From contig OZ076409.1 in the NCBI GenBank assembly GCA_964187785.1, positions 48,176,001 to 48,240,000 on the forward strand: a DNA stretch of 64,000 nt, written 5' to 3'. This document shows, piece after piece, positions 60,393-64,000 of this stretch; position 1 is the first letter of the stretch, and each line of letters starts with the position of its first letter. This DNA is from Amphiscolops sp. MND2022 (taxonomy: Eukaryota). The position numbers and the translations under genes are program-made. The notes beneath the pieces were generated by a model. That model saw only the letters and a program-made list of their open reading frames with translations. It made no database searches and had not been told where the DNA came from.

Positions 60393-62585
60393 TCAGGGTA
60401 ATTTCTTCAACAAGCTTACCTTGAAGTCAATTTCAGACTTCTTTCCATAGGTTGAGTTCATGGTTCGTGTTTCACTTCTGGCATTGCCTTCCACGGTTTT
60501 GTCTTGTTTCACTGCACCGTGGCATATTTGTTGATGCATGGCTTCTTCTTTCCAATAGTCTTGCAGTGCAAATGGTTGCTCATTTACAAACCCAAAACTT
60601 TTGTCCATTTCAAAACATTTGTTTCGTTCTTCAAGAAGTAGAGTACCGGCGTAGAACACTGTCACTTGGAGTAGTTTCCCTTGTTGTACGCCCTGTTGTA
60701 CAGTGATAACTTCTGCACACTCTTGCAGCACTTCAAATTGCACGCGCGGTTCTTCCGAAGTTTCATTTTTCGATGATGCCAAAGCTAAGCTTCGCTGCTC
60801 TTGCATTGTTTCAGTCATTGTGTAATCCAAAGTCTCTTCTGTTTGCACTACCAAGTGTTCACTCATGACCAAGTGATTCTCTTCTTCCAAAACTTGTTCT
60901 GTATCCACGAGGAGGGTTTCTGATTGGAAGTCCTGCCAGCCATTGTCTACAACGAATGTTTCTGGCCAGTTCCACATCCATTCTGCGATTAGATTTTTCG
61001 AGGTTCCTTTGTTTGCATTGCTTTCAACATTTGTCATATTTGAGTCTTCATGTGCTTCACGTTCGATAATTTTGTCTTGCAAGTTTCCATGGTTAGGACA
61101 CATGTCTGAACACTTCATCTGCTCGGGTTTCCATTTTTTCATTGTGCACGTTCCTTTTGTTGTACAGTCAAGAGCTTTGGGCAAAGCCATTTCTTCTTGC
61201 TTGCCCATAAGTTCGTCTTTTCTTTTCAGCGATTCATTGCGACCACTTGAACTTTCTTTGCTCGAAGTATGCCTTGGTTGAGTTTGCTTTACAGTTCTCA
61301 TCATTGAACTACTTTCAACGCTTTCTTTGTTCGAGTGCCAATGTGATAAAACAATGCTCTTTGAATCAGTTTGACCAAAACGGGGTTCCTTGTTGTTTCT
61401 CAGGTGTGACTCTTTGTTCGCCACTTCATTCATGTTGTTCCGAGAGTGAGGGTTTTGCCCACGCCGTTCCGTTCCTGTAAGAGTCTTCGTTGAGGTCGAG
61501 GATGCCTTGAAGTTCCGATAACATTCCTGCGGACTTTTGCATGGTTGCAATTGCTTTGTCACTTTCTGTGATTGTGTCGGTCTCAGCCGAGTTCCATTTC
61601 GCGCTAATTCCTTCGCTTGGTTAGAGGCTTGTTTGGTCCTCGCGTTTTCTTCAAGTTTAGCAATTTCGAGTTCTTCTGTGAGGGTATCAATTTCATCTTG
61701 CCTCCCTCGAATTTTGGCTTTGCGTCTTGCTGCAGCTAGCTGTTTATCAATTTCATCTTGTTTCTTCATTGCTTCCAATTCTAGAAGAAGTATTCGTTTT
61801 GCGTTTGATGACTTCGAACTAACTGTTGTTCTGTTGCTCTTCGAGGTTGCTTTGACTGACCCGTTGTTGATTTGTTCGGGTAACACATTCACAACACTGT
61901 TAGATTTAAGCACATCAGAGGGGTTGGATGCTCCAACAACCCGTCGTTTTTCATCAGATACCCTGCTTGACTGTGTCAGTGATTTCTTTTCCCTAGTTGC
62001 TTCCCCTGAGCCATTGCGTTTTGTTGGATTGAAGCTACTTTGCTTGAGCATCGTTGTGTGAGTGCATCGCATGGTCGCATATGTGGAGGTTCCACTTGCC
62101 TCTTGGCGAAGTTTCGTTTTGTCTGTCTCATCTTTTGGACCCTTCATCAATGTCTTTACATCTGGGAACCAATATCCCCAGCTGGCTTCTAACTCAGCAA
62201 AGAATTCTTTCCATTCAGTCACACTTCGACTGAGCTGTCTTTGCTTTTCCTCATTCGTGATGTCCAACATGAGATCTACGTTATGCAACAATGCTTGTTT
62301 ATTCTCGCGATATTCGAATACCCAATCGTTCAATTCTGCTTTGCGAAGAATAGCGCCTTGCTCGTCCAGCTTGTCATCCAACTCTTTAATCAGATTCCGT
62401 AGTCTTCCCACTTGAGTGGCCAGAGTATCCAGTTAAAAGCGCCACACGTACCAGTCGGAATCATTTTCCAAATCTCTTGATCTGAGGTCCATCAGTTCTT
62501 GGCTCTGATTTGTGTTTCGTTGATCAAATACATTTGTCATTCGAGGATGTTGCACCTCGAGCATTTCTTTTTTTCTGACTTTCAT
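60393..62585 (-). pseudogene. Gag-derived long ORF of the non-autonomous BEL element
   Basis: SKSNRTTVSSKSSNAKRILLLELEAMKKQDE matches TKSNKTSVISKTSSARRVLDLELNALKEQEE of the intact BEL Gag. In-frame ATG at 62585 with one stop near 62434. Fragmentary ORFs continue to ~59370. Confidence 0.7.
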
Positions 62586-63399
62586 TTGTTCAGACTACGG
62601 TTTTGTTTAACTGAGGGTTTTCTAACTACACAATAGTTTCTTGTCAATTTTGTAACTTTTCCCAAATTCCGCAAATTGTTAGATCTGAAGTATCAACTGC
62701 TCAACCCAGTAATCAGTCGCCAATTCTTGAAGAATCAACCCAACAATGTCGATTATGCTTGCCTTCTTTGACGAACTTGATTGTTTCGGTGGATCTCGTC
62801 CCTCTGACTCGATCCTTTTGCTTTACTTGGTGGATATGCTTGCAGCGACGTCTTAGTTCAAACCTTTGCTTTCAATTAAGAATACGTTTCTCAAGGATAC
62901 CATTCGTCCCAAACTGGAATTGAAGCACAATTGCCTCCAGAGTGCTGCTAAAGCCCAACTCCCAGAGTACACAACCAATCCAGTTCCAAATCGCTCAATA
63001 GTCCAATACCAAAGCCCCAGTGTACACTTTCCCAGAGTTCCAATCACCAACTGTAGACCCATTTTCCACAGTTCTCGATCGTCGTGAATAGTCGTCTCAA
63101 CTACTTGTCGCAATTCCGTCCGAATGCAATGCGACGACTCTTGCAATACTTTTTGATTGCTGTGCGAACAGGCTCACCTGTTGCCACTTTTGGATTTTGG
63201 AAGGTCCCTACAATTAGGCTTGTCCTCCCAGCTCTCTGGTTTGCCAATGAAACCAGCACAGAAGCTTTGTCAAAGCTTCGTGTCACTTGAACAGATAGAT
63301 GTTGTGTCACCCGTTTGATGACTCTAACTGCTCACGTGTCTTCCACCACGACTGCTATCCACACACGATGAAGACGGCGTTCCTCTTGCAGTGTCCACC

Positions 63400-63506
63400 C
63401 AGAATGATGTCCACTCCAACTGTTGATGTCCGCCCAATGTGATGAAGTCCGCCCGAATGTTGATGTCCGCCCAAATGATGATGTCCGCCCAAAATTGTTG
63501 ATGTCC
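63400..63506. repeat. ~18-bp tandem repeat next to the PBS
   Basis: TGATGTCCGCCCAA-type unit, about 6 copies. Confidence 0.85.
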
Positions 63507-63520
63507 GGGTCGGCGGACCA
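63504..63520 (-). promoter_or_regulatory. Primer binding site
   Basis: Minus strand TGGTCCGCCGACCCGGA, identical to 14140-14156. Confidence 0.8.
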
Positions 63521-63522
63521 AA

Positions 63523-64000
63523 TGTAACGGCTGCTTGATCCCTTCAATTGACCAAACTTTACGCCGCCCTGAATTCGGTGCTCGGCACTGCGGATCGTTA
63601 CCGAACACTGCTTGCTTCTTAGATTAAAAGGACTGTATCTTGACTTAGTAGGATCCAATGATCCCGAATTGCACTTCTTCCTTGTCTCTTGACACGTCCA
63701 ACTCTCCACAAGTTGAGAGTAACTAACTTAATCGCCCTAAGTCTTTGGCGAAAAGTCGAAAAGAGGTGAAGAAATGAATTGAGAATTGAAATGGTCCTAA
63801 GAACCGACTTTAATACAGCTTTCCAATCAATTTGTGCCTATCTAACAATGGTATACATATCGTTTACAATTATTCGATAAAAATGAGTTGAAATATGGAG
63901 TATAAATAAATGACATTTAAGTGAATTATTAAAGTTATTGGCTATGTAAACAAACCATAGTGTGGGTATAGCATGTTGGTTAGGTGGGCTCTAAGCATGT
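63523..64000 (-). repeat. 5' LTR, truncated by the window edge
   Basis: Matches 58262-58739. Confidence 0.92.

Larger units (their letters stand above)
58262..64000 (-). mobile_element. Non-autonomous BEL/Pao-derived LTR element, related to the 13214-21752 element
   Basis: LTRs at 58262-59111 and 63523 to the window end; same PBS as the intact element; 59112-59180 matches its polyprotein 3' end; no RT, RNase H or integrase catalytic motifs. Confidence 0.9.

Noticed and set aside
60452..62415. Plus-strand ORFs opposite the gag-derived ORF
   Set aside because: Antisense shadows with Ser/Leu/Phe-rich composition.

Overview
AT-rich eukaryotic, probably invertebrate animal, genomic DNA made almost entirely of nested mobile elements; the host species cannot be determined from the sequence. 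From left to right: (1) the right ~7.3 kb of a decaying Polinton/Maverick (adintovirus-like) endogenous virus, with a probable major capsid N-terminus, integrase, two A32-like ATPases, a membrane-active protein, minor capsid, adenain protease and an ACTACTACT terminus; (2) Helentron-associated (HINE-like) non-autonomous elements; (3) a gag-only Gypsy-like LTR element (11250-27937, minus, tRNA-Asn PBS) that split a tRNA-derived SINE and carries an intact young BEL/Pao element (13214-21752, TSD TTATC, 2127-aa polyprotein); (4) a probable solo LTR, two abutting palindromes and a degenerate claudin-like host gene; (5) a ~17.6-kb degenerate retrovirus-like Ty3/Gypsy element (37501-55119) with gag-pol, a chuvirus/class III-like fusion glycoprotein, several orphan accessory ORFs, no canonical PBS or PPT, and an array of covarying bulged hairpins at the LTR/leader junction; (6) a non-autonomous relative of the BEL element (58262 to beyond 64000, minus). 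The strongest candidates for novelty are element (5) with its leader RNA motif, and the ATAAATG gene starts and GCGAAGC-type mini-hairpin insertions of the Polinton. All family assignments come from motifs recognised by eye; no database searches were run.
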